From the NCBI GenBank assembly GCA_964353115.1, contig CAYGUI010000001.1, forward strand, positions 13,417 to 77,416: a stretch of DNA of 64,000 bases. The letters are read 5' to 3'. The notes under the pieces were generated by a model that ran no database searches, had not been told where the DNA came from, and saw only the letters and a program-made list of their open reading frames with translations. The translations under genes and the position numbers were made by a program. Every line of letters starts with the position of its first letter. Positions within the stretch are counted from its first letter, which is position 1. Origin of the DNA: an uncultured Gammaproteobacteria bacterium. GTDB taxonomy: Bacteria; Pseudomonadota; Gammaproteobacteria; JAGOUU01. Positions 32,711-42,754 of this stretch are shown here, piece after piece.

Positions 32711-33580
32711 ATGAGTATTATTGTAAATAAAAACACTAAAGTAATTTGTCAGGGTTTTACTGGTAAACAAGGTACTTATCATAGCGAGCAAGCTATAAAT
32801 TATGGCACTCAAATGGTTGGTGGTGTAACTCCTGGTAAAGGTGGTCAAGAGCATTTGGGATTACCAGTATTTAATACTGTTTTTGAAGCAGTAGAAGAAA
32901 CTGGAGCTGATGCTTCTGTTATTTATGTTCCAGCACCATTTTGTAAGGATTCTATTATTGAAGCATTAGATGCTGGTATTCAAACTATCGTTTGTATCAC
33001 AGAAGGTATTCCAACTATGGATATGCTTGAAGTGAAATACGTGTTAGAGCAAACTGGAGCACAAATGATTGGACCTAACTGTCCAGGTATTATAACTCCA
33101 GGCGAATGTAAAATTGGTATTATGCCAGGTTCAATTCATCTTCCAGGTAGTATTGGTATTGTTTCACGCTCTGGTACTTTAACTTATGAAGCGGTAAAAC
33201 AAACTACTGACTTAGGGCTTGGCCAAAGTACTTGTGTTGGTATTGGTGGTGATCCAATTCCAGGCATGAACTTTATTGATGTTCTTTATGAATTTGAAAA
33301 TGATCCGCAAACTAAAGCTATTGTTATGGTAGGTGAAATTGGTGGTACTGCTGAAGAAGAAGCTGCTGAATTTATCAAAGATAACGTTAATAAGCCGGTT
33401 GTTGCGTATATTGCCGGTGTTACTGCTCCTGCTGGTAAACGTATGGGTCATGCTGGTGCAATTATTTCTGGTGGTAAAGGTACTGCAAAAGAAAAATTTG
33501 CTGCATTGGAAGCTGCTGGTGTTATAACTGTGCGCTCTCCTGCAGAAATTGGCGCTGCTTTAAAAGGAGTAGTTAGTTAG
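32711..33580 (+). CDS. sucD: Succinyl-CoA synthetase alpha subunit
   Basis: CoA-binding and phosphohistidine (GHAGAII) segments; 289 aa. Confidence 0.95.
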   Translation: MSIIVNKNTKVICQGFTGKQGTYHSEQAINYGTQMVGGVTPGKGGQEHLGLPVFNTVFEAVEETGADASVIYVPAPFCKDSIIEALDAGIQTIVCITEGIPTMDMLEVKYVLEQTGAQMIGPNCPGIITPGECKIGIMPGSIHLPGSIGIVSRSGTLTYEAVKQTTDLGLGQSTCVGIGGDPIPGMNFIDVLYEFENDPQTKAIVMVGEIGGTAEEEAAEFIKDNVNKPVVAYIAGVTAPAGKRMGHAGAIISGGKGTAKEKFAALEAAGVITVRSPAEIGAALKGVVS

Positions 33581-33584
33581 TCTT

Positions 33585-33615
33585 TTATCGTCATTCCCGC
33601 AAAGGCGGGAATCTA
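33585..33615. repeat. Palindromic repeat element, single unit (TCATTCCCGCAAAGGCGGGAATCTAGAGG)
   Basis: Perfect inverted repeat ATTCCCGC-aaag-GCGGGAAT located 5 bp after the sucD stop. Confidence 0.8.
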
Positions 33616-33627
33616 GAGGTTATAAAA

Positions 33628-34263
33628 ATGGGAAAATTTGTACAATGCACTGATAAATTAGGTAAAGAAATTCTCTATACTCCTTGCACTCGTGTGCCGG
33701 TAGAAGAGATAACTTCACGCAAATACCAAAAGATTATTAAGCTTATGAAGCGTAAAGTTAGTGGTGAGGGCATTGGTCTTGCCGCTAACCAAATTGGTGA
33801 GCATGTACAAATTTTTCTTATTGATTTTAAACCTGCTAGTGATGAGCCATATTTACAAGCATTTCCAATGAAAGTTTTTATTAATCCAATAATTACAAAG
33901 GCTTCAGCTAATAAAATTTCTTGGTGGCATGGGTGCTTAAGTGCTCAGAATCATCCTTTAGGTGAAGTAGCTACTTATGAATGGATTGAATATGAGGCCT
34001 ATGATGAAAACGGAGAGAAAATTTCTGGCCGTTTGGATAATATGGCAGCTATAATTTTTCAGCATGAATTTCGTCATATGATTGGCACTTGTTATGTTGA
34101 CCATGCGGTAAAATTCCTATCAAGCAGTGAGTTCTATGACAAAGCTGCGCGTGGCGAAGAAGCCAACTATAAGAAAGCAGATTATGGTGTTCCATTACTG
34201 CTAGCTGACTATAATATTGGCGAAACTATAGAAGAATTTGCTGCAAGAATAAATAAAAATTAA
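33628..34263 (+). CDS. Peptide deformylase family protein (divergent paralogue)
   Basis: Three Def motifs present: GIGLAANQIG, HGCLS, QHEFRHMIG (HExxH). It is 211 aa, longer than canonical Def. Confidence 0.6.
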   Translation: MGKFVQCTDKLGKEILYTPCTRVPVEEITSRKYQKIIKLMKRKVSGEGIGLAANQIGEHVQIFLIDFKPASDEPYLQAFPMKVFINPIITKASANKISWWHGCLSAQNHPLGEVATYEWIEYEAYDENGEKISGRLDNMAAIIFQHEFRHMIGTCYVDHAVKFLSSSEFYDKAARGEEANYKKADYGVPLLLADYNIGETIEEFAARINKN

Positions 34264-34682
34264 CACCTAAACGGCAAATAATTTTTACTGATATTTGTTC
34301 TGCAAGTCCAATCGATATTATCTTTATCAATATTAGGGGTAAAACTAATTTTTTTACCTCTAATTTCAGAATTAATATTTTTATTTTTTAATTTTATTGA
34401 AAATATACCATTATCATCTATCTCTATATTTTCAACAATGTTCTTTTGTAACCTATTAATATTTAAGTCTAAATCTTTATTAGAGCTTGGTAAATTATCA
34501 TTTAAAATATAGTATTCGATAATATTACTTTTTATTTCAGCCGCGATATTCATCACTTCTAATAATTTAGCTTTAATAATATATTTTTGATAATTAGGTA
34601 CAGTTATTGATAATAAAATACTAATGATTGCTATAACAATCACCAGCTCTATTAATGAAAATCCGTTAGTTTTTTTATTCAT
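34260..34682 (-). CDS. Type IV pilin / pseudopilin (prepilin N-methylation motif)
   Basis: Start taken at MNKKTNG. G-FSLIE prepilin cleavage motif and hydrophobic alpha1 helix; C-terminal Cys pair WTC...FRC. Confidence 0.7.
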   Translation of the reverse strand: MNKKTNGFSLIELVIVIAIISILLSITVPNYQKYIIKAKLLEVMNIAAEIKSNIIEYYILNDNLPSSNKDLDLNINRLQKNIVENIEIDDNGIFSIKLKNKNINSEIRGKKISFTPNIDKDNIDWTCRTNISKNYLPFRC

Positions 34683-34735
34683 GAATATTATCATAAATAA
34701 ATTTTGTTTTATTTAAATCAGAAAAAATAGGATTT

Positions 34736-35134
34736 TTAATTTAATTCGTTTAATGGAATTTGTACAAAATCTCGCTCATGAGCGTGGGGGTGGGGAAGGA
34801 TGAGTTCAGGAGTATTTAATATTAAATTATCATAATCAATTAAATCCAAGTCAAGCGTTCTTGGCCCCCATTTAACTTCGCGTATTCTCTCATGTAAATG
34901 CTCTATTTTTTGTAAAAATCTTAATAACTCAATGGGGAGTAAAGAAGTTTTGATTTTAATAACAGCATTAATAAAATCAGGTTGTTCAATAACGCCAACA
35001 GGTTTAGTTATGTGTAATTTGGACTGAGAAATAAGTGTAATATCTTTACTGCTTTTTATTTCTTCAATGGCAGTTAAAACTTGATTAACAGGATCATCAA
35101 GATTGCTGCCAAGGGCTACTATGGCTATTTTCAC
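34736..35134 (-). CDS. folK: 2-amino-4-hydroxy-6-hydroxymethyldihydropteridine pyrophosphokinase (HPPK)
   Basis: MKIAIVALGSNL N-terminus and the LDLDLI/PHPHAHER region; lies downstream of pcnB as in E. coli. Confidence 0.85.
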   Translation of the reverse strand: MKIAIVALGSNLDDPVNQVLTAIEEIKSSKDITLISQSKLHITKPVGVIEQPDFINAVIKIKTSLLPIELLRFLQKIEHLHERIREVKWGPRTLDLDLIDYDNLILNTPELILPHPHAHERDFVQIPLNELN

Positions 35135-35220
35135 TTATTATTTGTTCTTTTTATTCTTATTAACTTTTCGCGAGCTTCTTTGTTTTCAGCATTAACAAAT
35201 TTTTGCCACCATTCAGCTAC

Positions 35221-36357
35221 TTATTTAATACTATCATCAGTTTTTGCGCGTAATAACAACAAGTCATAGGCTGCTCGAAATCTTTTGTGCTCATGTATTT
35301 TAAAGCAAGATTTAGTGCCAATTCTGAGCATTCTAAGTTGCAAGAACCAAACATCGTAAATAAAATTACTCATAAATTGTGGTATGGCCACAAATTGATT
35401 TTGCGCAAATATTACCTCTTGCATTGTTGTAAAATACAAATCAGAGCTTGCCTCGTAACTTAATAATAATTTTTCTTTGTACTTATTTTCAAAAGGAATC
35501 CAAAGTAAAGATGAAAATAAAAACGCTGGTGCTAGTGGTAAATTCTGTTGATATCGATCATCAGTATTGTCAAAAGTATTATCTAAAAATTCACGTGCAT
35601 GCTTAGTTTTTAGTGCATTTTCAGTTAATGGAAATAAAATTTCGAGAATTTTGTACTTTTCTAGAATATTAAACATGCTTTTAGCATGTCCAGTTAGGAA
35701 TAACTTCTGTACTTCGTGTAATAATCTATCTCTTGAAACATTAGATAATAGGTCTTTATTATCACGTATTGAATTTTCTGTAACTGAATGGATTTTGAAA
35801 TCAAGTTTTGCTGCAAAGCGCAGGGCACGTAAAATTCTAACTGGATCTTCGCGAAAACGAATTTCAGGATCACCAATAGTACGTATTATTTTATTCTTTA
35901 TATCCTCAACACCGCCAAGATAATCAATAATACTGAAATTTTCTATCGTGTAATATAGAGCATTGATAGTAAAATCTCGCCGCATAGCGTCTTCTTCTAA
36001 TGTCCCATAGACATTATCACGCAAGATCATTCCTTCATCTGAGGTTTTATGATCATGATGACCACGGAAGGTGGTTACTTCAATAGTCTCATTTTCATAA
36101 AAAATATGGACTATTTTAAAACGTTTGCCAATTATTCGACTATTGCGAAAGATTTTGCGCACTTCTTCTGGTGTTGCAGAAGTAGCGATATCAAAGTCTT
36201 TTGGATGCATGCCCAATAAGAGTTCACGTATAGCTCCACCAACCAAATATGACTCATGGCCAGTTTTTTGGAGGCGTTTTAATATTTTTAGTGCATTATC
36301 ACTAATATTTTGGCGTGAGATGCAATGCGCATCTCTGGAAATTATTTTGGTTTTCAA
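35221..36357 (-). CDS. pcnB: Poly(A) polymerase I (tRNA nucleotidyltransferase superfamily)
   Basis: Nucleotidyltransferase head LVGGAIRELLLGMHPKDFDIATSATPEEV; conserved pcnB-folK linkage. Confidence 0.75.
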   Translation of the reverse strand: MKTKIISRDAHCISRQNISDNALKILKRLQKTGHESYLVGGAIRELLLGMHPKDFDIATSATPEEVRKIFRNSRIIGKRFKIVHIFYENETIEVTTFRGHHDHKTSDEGMILRDNVYGTLEEDAMRRDFTINALYYTIENFSIIDYLGGVEDIKNKIIRTIGDPEIRFREDPVRILRALRFAAKLDFKIHSVTENSIRDNKDLLSNVSRDRLLHEVQKLFLTGHAKSMFNILEKYKILEILFPLTENALKTKHAREFLDNTFDNTDDRYQQNLPLAPAFLFSSLLWIPFENKYKEKLLLSYEASSDLYFTTMQEVIFAQNQFVAIPQFMSNFIYDVWFLQLRMLRIGTKSCFKIHEHKRFRAAYDLLLLRAKTDDSIK

Positions 36358-36380
36358 CTTAAATTATATTATAAAAAACT

Positions 36381-36408
36381 TTGCAAATTGGTAAAAATCG
36401 CGTACAAT
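36381..36408 (+). promoter_or_regulatory. Sigma70-like promoter of the rpsP-rimM-trmD-rplS operon
   Basis: TTGCAA, 16-nt spacer, TACAAT; ~65 nt upstream of rpsP. Confidence 0.45.
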
Positions 36409-36472
36409 CTGTGTTCAATCACGAATTATAGTTGATTTAAGAATTAAAAAAAAGCACTGAGGAAAAGAAAAT

Positions 36473-36730
36473 ATGGTAACAATCAGATTGGCACGTCATG
36501 GAGCTAAAAAGAGACCTTTCTATCATGTTATAGCAACTGACTCTCGTAATCCACGTGATGGTCGTTATATTGAAAAATTAGGTTTTTTCAATCCAATAGC
36601 AGCTGGCCAAGAAAAAAGAATACAGTTAAATATTGAACAAATACAACAATGGCAAGCAAAAGGCGCGCAGGTTAGTGAAAGAGTTCAATCTTTGATTAAA
36701 GAATTCGCTAAAGGAGCTCCAGCAGCTTAA
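36473..36730 (+). CDS. rpsP: 30S ribosomal protein S16
   Basis: [17 protein letters not shown]... S16 N-terminus. Confidence 0.95.
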   Translation: MVTIRLARHGAKKRPFYHVIATDSRNPRDGRYIEKLGFFNPIAAGQEKRIQLNIEQIQQWQAKGAQVSERVQSLIKEFAKGAPAA

Positions 36731-36739
36731 GTACGCGGC

Positions 36740-37270
36740 GTGACTACTTCTTCTTATGTGATAGTTGCTAAAGTTATCGGGGTTCATGGAATAAAAGGCC
36801 ATGTAAAAATACTGTCTTTTACAGAGCCCCCAGAAAATATCATTGATTTTAAAAGATTTTTCATTTTATCTGGTCAAAATTGGCAGCATCTCGATATTTC
36901 AGATTTTCAAATAAAAGGTCAAAACATTGTTGCTATCTTAAATAATATAAGAGATCGCGATGAAGCTCGTATATTTAATGGTAGAAGTATTGCGGTTTTA
37001 CGCGAAGATTTGCCAAAAATTGATAATGAACAAGAAGGTTATTATTGGGTTGACTTAGAAGGTCTTGCTGTTTATAACCGTGATAATAAATTATTAGGTC
37101 ACGTGGATAGCGTTTTTAATACTGGCGCTAATGATATTTTGGCTGTTGATCCCGATTCCCGTGTGGATGATGAAAAGCAAATATTAATTCCGTATATATT
37201 GAATAAATATATATTATCAGTAGATTTAGAAAACAAGAAAATTACCGTTGATTGGGAAGAAGACTGGTAA
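36740..37270 (+). CDS. rimM: Ribosome maturation factor RimM
   Basis: RimM N-terminal and PRC-barrel domains; operon position. Confidence 0.9.
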   Translation: MTTSSYVIVAKVIGVHGIKGHVKILSFTEPPENIIDFKRFFILSGQNWQHLDISDFQIKGQNIVAILNNIRDRDEARIFNGRSIAVLREDLPKIDNEQEGYYWVDLEGLAVYNRDNKLLGHVDSVFNTGANDILAVDPDSRVDDEKQILIPYILNKYILSVDLENKKITVDWEEDW

Positions 37271-37288
37271 AAAAATAATAATTAAATC

Positions 37289-37984
37289 ATGAAGTTCTCC
37301 GTTATAACCTTGTTTCCCGAAATATTTTCAGGCTTTTTAGAATATGGTGTTATTGCGCGTGCAGCTAAAAAAGGCTTAGTCGATATAAATTTCTTAAATC
37401 TCCGTGACTTTACTTCCGATCCTCACGCTACAGTAGACGATAGGCCTTATGGTGGTGGGCCTGGAATGGTGTTAAAACCAGAGCCATTATCGAAAGCAAT
37501 ACTTGCAGCGCGTAAATCTTGCGGGTATAATACCCGAGTTATTTATTTGTCTGCACAAGGTGCAAAATTTGACCATGAGAAGGCGCTTAATTTAGCGCAA
37601 TATGATGATTTAATTTTACTTAGTGGACGTTATGAAGGCATAGATCAGCGAATTATTGACCAATATGTCGATGAAGAGCTCTCAATAGGTGATTATGTGC
37701 TTTCGGGTGGTGAAATTCCAGCCATGGCCGTTATAGATGCAGTAACTCGGTTAAAGCCTGAAGTTTTAGGTTGTGATGAATCAAGTAAACAAGATTCATT
37801 TTCAGACGGTTTATTAGATTGTCCACACTATACGCGACCTGAAAATTTTATGGGCGCAAAAGTGCCGGATGTATTATTAAGTGGTGATCATAAAAAAATT
37901 GCCAAATGGCGTTATGAAGAGCAACTGAAAGTAACGCAAGAAAAAAGACCAGATTTAATGAATTTATATAAAGATAAAAATTAG
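37289..37984 (+). CDS. trmD: tRNA (guanine37-N1)-methyltransferase
   Basis: SPOUT TrmD motifs ([25 protein letters not shown]). Confidence 0.95.
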   Translation: MKFSVITLFPEIFSGFLEYGVIARAAKKGLVDINFLNLRDFTSDPHATVDDRPYGGGPGMVLKPEPLSKAILAARKSCGYNTRVIYLSAQGAKFDHEKALNLAQYDDLILLSGRYEGIDQRIIDQYVDEELSIGDYVLSGGEIPAMAVIDAVTRLKPEVLGCDESSKQDSFSDGLLDCPHYTRPENFMGAKVPDVLLSGDHKKIAKWRYEEQLKVTQEKRPDLMNLYKDKN

Positions 37985-38000
37985 ATTACAGGAGAAAATT

Positions 38001-38384
38001 ATGAGCTATAACAAAATTATTCAAGAAATTGAACAAGCACAATTGAAAGAAGGTATACCACAATTTTCTGCTGGTGACACAGTAGTAGTGCAAGTTAAAG
38101 TAAAAGAAGGTAACCGTGAACGTCTACAGGCTTTTGAAGGTGTTGTTATTGCTAAGCGTAATAGAGGTTTAAACTCTGCTTTTACAGTAAGAAAAATTTC
38201 TCATGGCGAAGGTGTTGAGCGTGTATTTCAGACACATAGCGATATAATTGACAGCGTACAAGTTACTAAGCGTGGTAGCGTGCGTCGTGCTAAACTTTAT
38301 TATTTACGTGACAGAGCTGGTAAAGCTGCTCGTATTAAAGAAAAAGTTGGTAGTCATAAAAAAGAAGCTGCGGCGTCTAAATAA
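38001..38384 (+). CDS. rplS: 50S ribosomal protein L19
   Basis: L19 family sequence throughout; 127 aa. Confidence 0.95.
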   Translation: MSYNKIIQEIEQAQLKEGIPQFSAGDTVVVQVKVKEGNRERLQAFEGVVIAKRNRGLNSAFTVRKISHGEGVERVFQTHSDIIDSVQVTKRGSVRRAKLYYLRDRAGKAARIKEKVGSHKKEAAASK

Positions 38385-38389
38385 TTTAT

Positions 38390-38482
38390 GGATTCCCGCC
38401 TGCGCGGGAATGACGTAAGTTAACGCGGGAATGACGTAAGTTAACGCGGGAATAACGTAAGTGAACGCGGGAATGACTAAAG
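38390..38482. repeat. Palindromic repeat element with 21-bp tandem array (CGCGGGAATGACGTAAGTTAA x ~3.5)
   Basis: ggattcccgcctgcgcgggaatgacg palindrome followed by three and a half 21-bp units; immediately after the rplS stop. Confidence 0.85.
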
Positions 38483-38528
38483 GACTCAAAATAGCAGAAG
38501 GATTTGCAATATTTTTCAATAATTTTAC

Positions 38529-39413
38529 ATGGATAACCCCCATAAAACTTTAGAAGATTTTTTACAAAATCTTTGGTTGCAACACGGGCTAAGTGACAAT
38601 ACGATAGCCTCATATCGTTATGATCTTACCAATTATCTAAAATATATTAATCAAAATAATTTAACTCTTTTAAATATTAACGAATCTGATTTACAGACTT
38701 ATTTAGCAGAAAGATTAGAGTCAGGAGTTTCAGCCAGAACTAGTTCACGCTTTTTATCTAGCATCAAAAAATTCTATTCTTTTTTATTGAATAAGGATCT
38801 TGTGAAATTTGACCCTACTGTTAATATTCATCGACCTAAAATTGGGCGTAAATTGCCTAATTACCTAAGCGAGAGTGAAGTCATCATATTGTTAAAAACT
38901 CCTGATATAAGCACTGATATAGGCTTAAGAGATAAGGCTATGCTTGAACTGTTATATGCCAGTGGACTTAGAGTTTCTGAGCTTATTAATTTATCCCTAA
39001 ATGATGTTAATTTTAAACAGGGAGTAGTGCGTATAGTCAGTGGTAAGGGTGGTAAAAGCCGTTTGGTTCCAATGGCGGAAACCTCTCAAACCTGGATGCA
39101 AAAATATATTAATTCAGCACGTCACAATGCCAAAACAGATGTAATTTTTATTAGCAAATCAGGGGTTGGTATGACACGGCAAACCTTTTGGCATCGACTT
39201 AAATTATATGCTTCCATGGCAGGGATTAATAAGGAAATTTCTCCTCATACACTACGGCATTCTTTTGCTACTCATTTAGTTAATAATGACGCTGACTTGC
39301 GAGTAGTTCAATTATTATTGGGTCATACAAGCATCTCTGTTACTCAAATTTACACTCATATCGCCAAAGTTAGATTGCAACAAATTCATAAGCAACATCA
39401 CCCACGGGGGTGA
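38529..39413 (+). CDS. xerD: Site-specific tyrosine recombinase XerD
   Basis: R..H..R..Y catalytic residues and LLGHTSISVTQIYTH box; C-terminal QIHKQHHPRG resembles the XerD tail. Confidence 0.85.
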   Translation: MDNPHKTLEDFLQNLWLQHGLSDNTIASYRYDLTNYLKYINQNNLTLLNINESDLQTYLAERLESGVSARTSSRFLSSIKKFYSFLLNKDLVKFDPTVNIHRPKIGRKLPNYLSESEVIILLKTPDISTDIGLRDKAMLELLYASGLRVSELINLSLNDVNFKQGVVRIVSGKGGKSRLVPMAETSQTWMQKYINSARHNAKTDVIFISKSGVGMTRQTFWHRLKLYASMAGINKEISPHTLRHSFATHLVNNDADLRVVQLLLGHTSISVTQIYTHIAKVRLQQIHKQHHPRG

Positions 39414-39461
39414 TTTTACGATATAATTGATGGATTATTAAAACCGAAAGGAGATGAAAAT

Positions 39462-40202
39462 ATGCTAAAAAAAATATTAGTGATCGGGTTGTTGTTATCA
39501 GGAGGATTAATTGCCAGTGCTGAAACTAAAGAAAAGGTTAAAGAAAGTTTATCTAAAGCTCTGCCTGAAATTACAATAGATAAAATGGAAAAAAGCCAAG
39601 TTCCAGGTTTTTATCAAGTAGAAAGCGGGGCTGAAATATTTTATGTAAGTGAGGATGGTAAATATCTATTTGCTGGAAATGTTATCGATGTTAAAACTAA
39701 AAGTAATATTACTGAAAATGCAAAAAATAGCTTGAGATTATCGGCTGTTAATCGCTTGCCAGCTAATGCATTTATTAACTTTACGCCAAAAGATAAAAAA
39801 TATCGCGTAGTGGTATTTACAGATGTTGATTGTCCTTATTGTCGTAAATTGCATGAAGAAATTAAAGGCTATGACAAAGAAGGAATTGAAATTAGTTATG
39901 TGCCATTTCCACGAGCTGGTTTAGATTCTCCTTCATACTATAAGGCAGCCAAAATATGGTGCTCTAGCCCAGAACAAGCGCGAGAATTGGTTAACTCTGC
40001 TAAATTAAAACACGACAGATTCAAAGCTTCAAAAGCAGATGTTTGTAAAAACAGTCCAGTTGCAGCTGCACTTGAAGTTGTTCGTGAATTACATTTAAAT
40101 GGTACTCCATCAATGTTATTGCCAAATGGAACTGTAGTTCCTGGTTATGTTCCTCCTAAACGTTTAGTGGAAATTTTAAAAGAAGAAGATTCTAAAGAAT
40201 AA
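39462..40202 (+). CDS. dsbC: Periplasmic thiol:disulfide interchange protein DsbC/DsbG family
   Basis: Signal peptide, N-terminal dimerisation domain, thioredoxin CPYC active site. Confidence 0.7.
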   Translation: MLKKILVIGLLLSGGLIASAETKEKVKESLSKALPEITIDKMEKSQVPGFYQVESGAEIFYVSEDGKYLFAGNVIDVKTKSNITENAKNSLRLSAVNRLPANAFINFTPKDKKYRVVVFTDVDCPYCRKLHEEIKGYDKEGIEISYVPFPRAGLDSPSYYKAAKIWCSSPEQARELVNSAKLKHDRFKASKADVCKNSPVAAALEVVRELHLNGTPSMLLPNGTVVPGYVPPKRLVEILKEEDSKE

Positions 40203-40212
40203 TTAAAAAATC

Positions 40213-41793
40213 ATGAACCAAGACTTAAGTATTGATAAGAAACAGCAAAAAGAAGAGCGAATCGGACGTAATGCTTTAGTCGTTGGTAGTATGACTTTTA
40301 TATCGCGCATAGCAGGTTTTATGCGCGATATTGTTATTGCACGTGTTTTTGGTGTAAGTGCAGAATTAGATGCGTTTTTGATAGCATTTAAAATACCAAA
40401 TTTTATGCGCCGTTTATTTGCTGAAGGTGCGTTTGCTCAAGCTTTTGTACCGATTATGGCTGAGTATCGTGAGACGCGAAGCTTATCTGATGTTAAAAAA
40501 TTAATTGCCAATTCTTATACTATTTTAGGTTTAATTTTATTTTTTATAGTTTTAGTTGGAATATTTTTCTCACCAATTTTAATTAAAATTTCAGCTCCAG
40601 GTTTGGATTTTGCTAGTGCTAAACTCACATTAGCGGCTAAGCTATTGGTTATCACTTTGCCGTATATATTTTTTATATCTTTAGTTTCTTTATATGGCGG
40701 GGCATTAAATACTTATAATAAATTTATTGTTCCAGCTATTACTCCTGTTTTATTAAATATTAGTTTAATATTCTCCTGTTTTTTTCTAATTAGATTCTTT
40801 ACTACACCGATTTATGCTTTAGCTTGGGGGGTGTTTATTGGTGGAATTTTACAGTTATTATTGCAAATATGCGCTTTATATAAACAAGGCATATTAATTA
40901 TGCCAAGTTTAAATAGTGATCTTATTGGTGTAAAAAGAATTTTAAAAAATATGGTGCCGGCTTTGTTTGGTGCCTCTGTTGCGCAGCTAGGGCTATTATT
41001 AGATACTGCTTTTGGTTCACTTTTGCCCGATGGCAGTATTTCTTGGCTTTATTATTCTGATCGCTTAATGCAATTTCCTCTTGGAATATTTGGCGTTGGA
41101 CTTGCGACAGTTGCTTTGCCATATTTATCACGTCAGCATGCCGCAGAGAATAAAGAAGGTTTTAATAATACTGCCAATTGGGCTTTCAAATGGGTGTTGT
41201 TAATTAGCATACCAGCTGGAATTGGGCTTTTTTGTTTGTCAGATATGTTGCTATTTGTTTTATTTTATAGCGACAAATTCACTATTAACGATGTAGTTTC
41301 ATCAAGTTTAAGTCTAAAAGCTTTTGCTTGTGGCCTGAATTTTTTCATTCTTGCTAAATTATTAACTTCAATTTTTTATTCGCGTAAAAATATTAAAACA
41401 CCAGTAAAAATAGCTGCTATTTGTTTATGCGCAAATGTTTTAGTCGATTATTTATTAATATCTAGCTACAAACATGTTGCCATCGCTATAGGAGTAAGTT
41501 TTTCATCTTTTATTAACTGCTCATTGTTATTGTTAGTATTAATTAAACAAAAAATAATTGAAATCAAACCTGATTTGATTAAATTTATTTCTAAAATACT
41601 ATGTGCCAATTTCGTACTAGTATTATTTTTAGTAACCTCAAAAGGAAATTTAGCAGCGTGGCAATATAGTGGAAGATTTTTTACAGCGGCTCATATGGCA
41701 GAGATTATTGTTGTTAGCATAATGTTGTACAGCATAATGTTATGGACATTGCGAGTTGATTTTGTGGGAATTTTGACATCTAAGAAATTATAA
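40213..41793 (+). CDS. murJ: Lipid II flippase MurJ (MviN)
   Basis: 526 aa, 14 TM; MurJ N-terminal region MTFISRIAGFMRDIVIARVFG. Confidence 0.9.
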   Translation: MNQDLSIDKKQQKEERIGRNALVVGSMTFISRIAGFMRDIVIARVFGVSAELDAFLIAFKIPNFMRRLFAEGAFAQAFVPIMAEYRETRSLSDVKKLIANSYTILGLILFFIVLVGIFFSPILIKISAPGLDFASAKLTLAAKLLVITLPYIFFISLVSLYGGALNTYNKFIVPAITPVLLNISLIFSCFFLIRFFTTPIYALAWGVFIGGILQLLLQICALYKQGILIMPSLNSDLIGVKRILKNMVPALFGASVAQLGLLLDTAFGSLLPDGSISWLYYSDRLMQFPLGIFGVGLATVALPYLSRQHAAENKEGFNNTANWAFKWVLLISIPAGIGLFCLSDMLLFVLFYSDKFTINDVVSSSLSLKAFACGLNFFILAKLLTSIFYSRKNIKTPVKIAAICLCANVLVDYLLISSYKHVAIAIGVSFSSFINCSLLLLVLIKQKIIEIKPDLIKFISKILCANFVLVLFLVTSKGNLAAWQYSGRFFTAAHMAEIIVVSIMLYSIMLWTLRVDFVGILTSKKL

Positions 41794-42725
41794 TGAATAG
41801 GCCCTCAATGAAATTTTTTCGTAGTATTTTTTCAATTCAGAATGACCAGTCTCCCAAAATAGCTACCATTGGCAATTTCGATGGTGTGCATACTGGCCAT
41901 AGATTATTATTAGATAAAACTACAGAAATTTCTAAAGAAAATAAGCTTAAATCTTTAATCATTACTTTTTATCCGCATACTAAAAATAAAGCTAATATTT
42001 TTGGTTTGCGAGAAAAATTGCAAAAATTATCAGAATTAGGTTTTGATTATTGCCTGGCGTTAAGATTTAGTAATAAATTTAAAAGTCTTAGTCCTGAAGA
42101 TTTTATTAAAAATATTTTAATTAATAATAATATTAAAAAGTTGGTTATTGGCAGTGATTTTGTCTTTGGTAAAGACAAAAAAGGTGATGTTAAATTGCTA
42201 CAAAAATTTGCTAAGACCCATGATTTCGAAGTGATTATTATTAATCGCAAGTGTAAATCTAGTAGCTCTTTAATAAAAAAATTATTAGTTGAAAGTAATT
42301 TTGATAGTGCAAAAGAAGTTTTAGGGCACGATTTTTACCGAATGGGGCGGATTGTTGCGGGAGATAAGAATGGTCGCAAGCTTGGATTTCATACCGCCAA
42401 CTTAAGGTTATTTGATATAAAGCCATTATTAAGTGGTGTTTTTGCTGTAAAAATTTTTATTGATGATAAGAGTTATTTTGGTGTTGCTAATTGGGGTATG
42501 CGCCCGACATTTAATGGCACGAAGCCAAAGCTTGAAGTTCATATATTTGATTTTAATGAAGATGTGTATGGTCACTTAATAAAAGTTGAATTTATTGCTA
42601 AAATACGCGATGAGATAAAATTTGATAGTTTAGAGCAATTAAAGCAGCAGATAAATTTAGATGTTGTTGCGGCTAAGAGTATTTTAGGACTGGATTCCCG
42701 CCTGCGCGGGAATGACGGTAATTAG
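41793..42725 (+). CDS. ribF: Bifunctional riboflavin kinase / FAD synthetase with repeat-encoded C-terminus
   Basis: FMN adenylyltransferase GNFDGVH(T)GH and riboflavin-kinase domains. The last ~10 codons (LDSRLRGNDGN) and the stop lie within the palindromic repeat. Confidence 0.85.
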   Translation: MNRPSMKFFRSIFSIQNDQSPKIATIGNFDGVHTGHRLLLDKTTEISKENKLKSLIITFYPHTKNKANIFGLREKLQKLSELGFDYCLALRFSNKFKSLSPEDFIKNILINNNIKKLVIGSDFVFGKDKKGDVKLLQKFAKTHDFEVIIINRKCKSSSSLIKKLLVESNFDSAKEVLGHDFYRMGRIVAGDKNGRKLGFHTANLRLFDIKPLLSGVFAVKIFIDDKSYFGVANWGMRPTFNGTKPKLEVHIFDFNEDVYGHLIKVEFIAKIRDEIKFDSLEQLKQQINLDVVAAKSILGLDSRLRGNDGN

Positions 42726-42735
42726 CGCGGACGTA
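42693..42735. repeat. Palindromic repeat element overlapping the ribF 3' end
   Basis: gattcccgcctgcgcgggaatgacg palindrome plus degenerate unit gtaattagcgcggacgtaac. Confidence 0.8.
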
Positions 42736-42754
42736 ACAAGAATTGGAGTGAATT

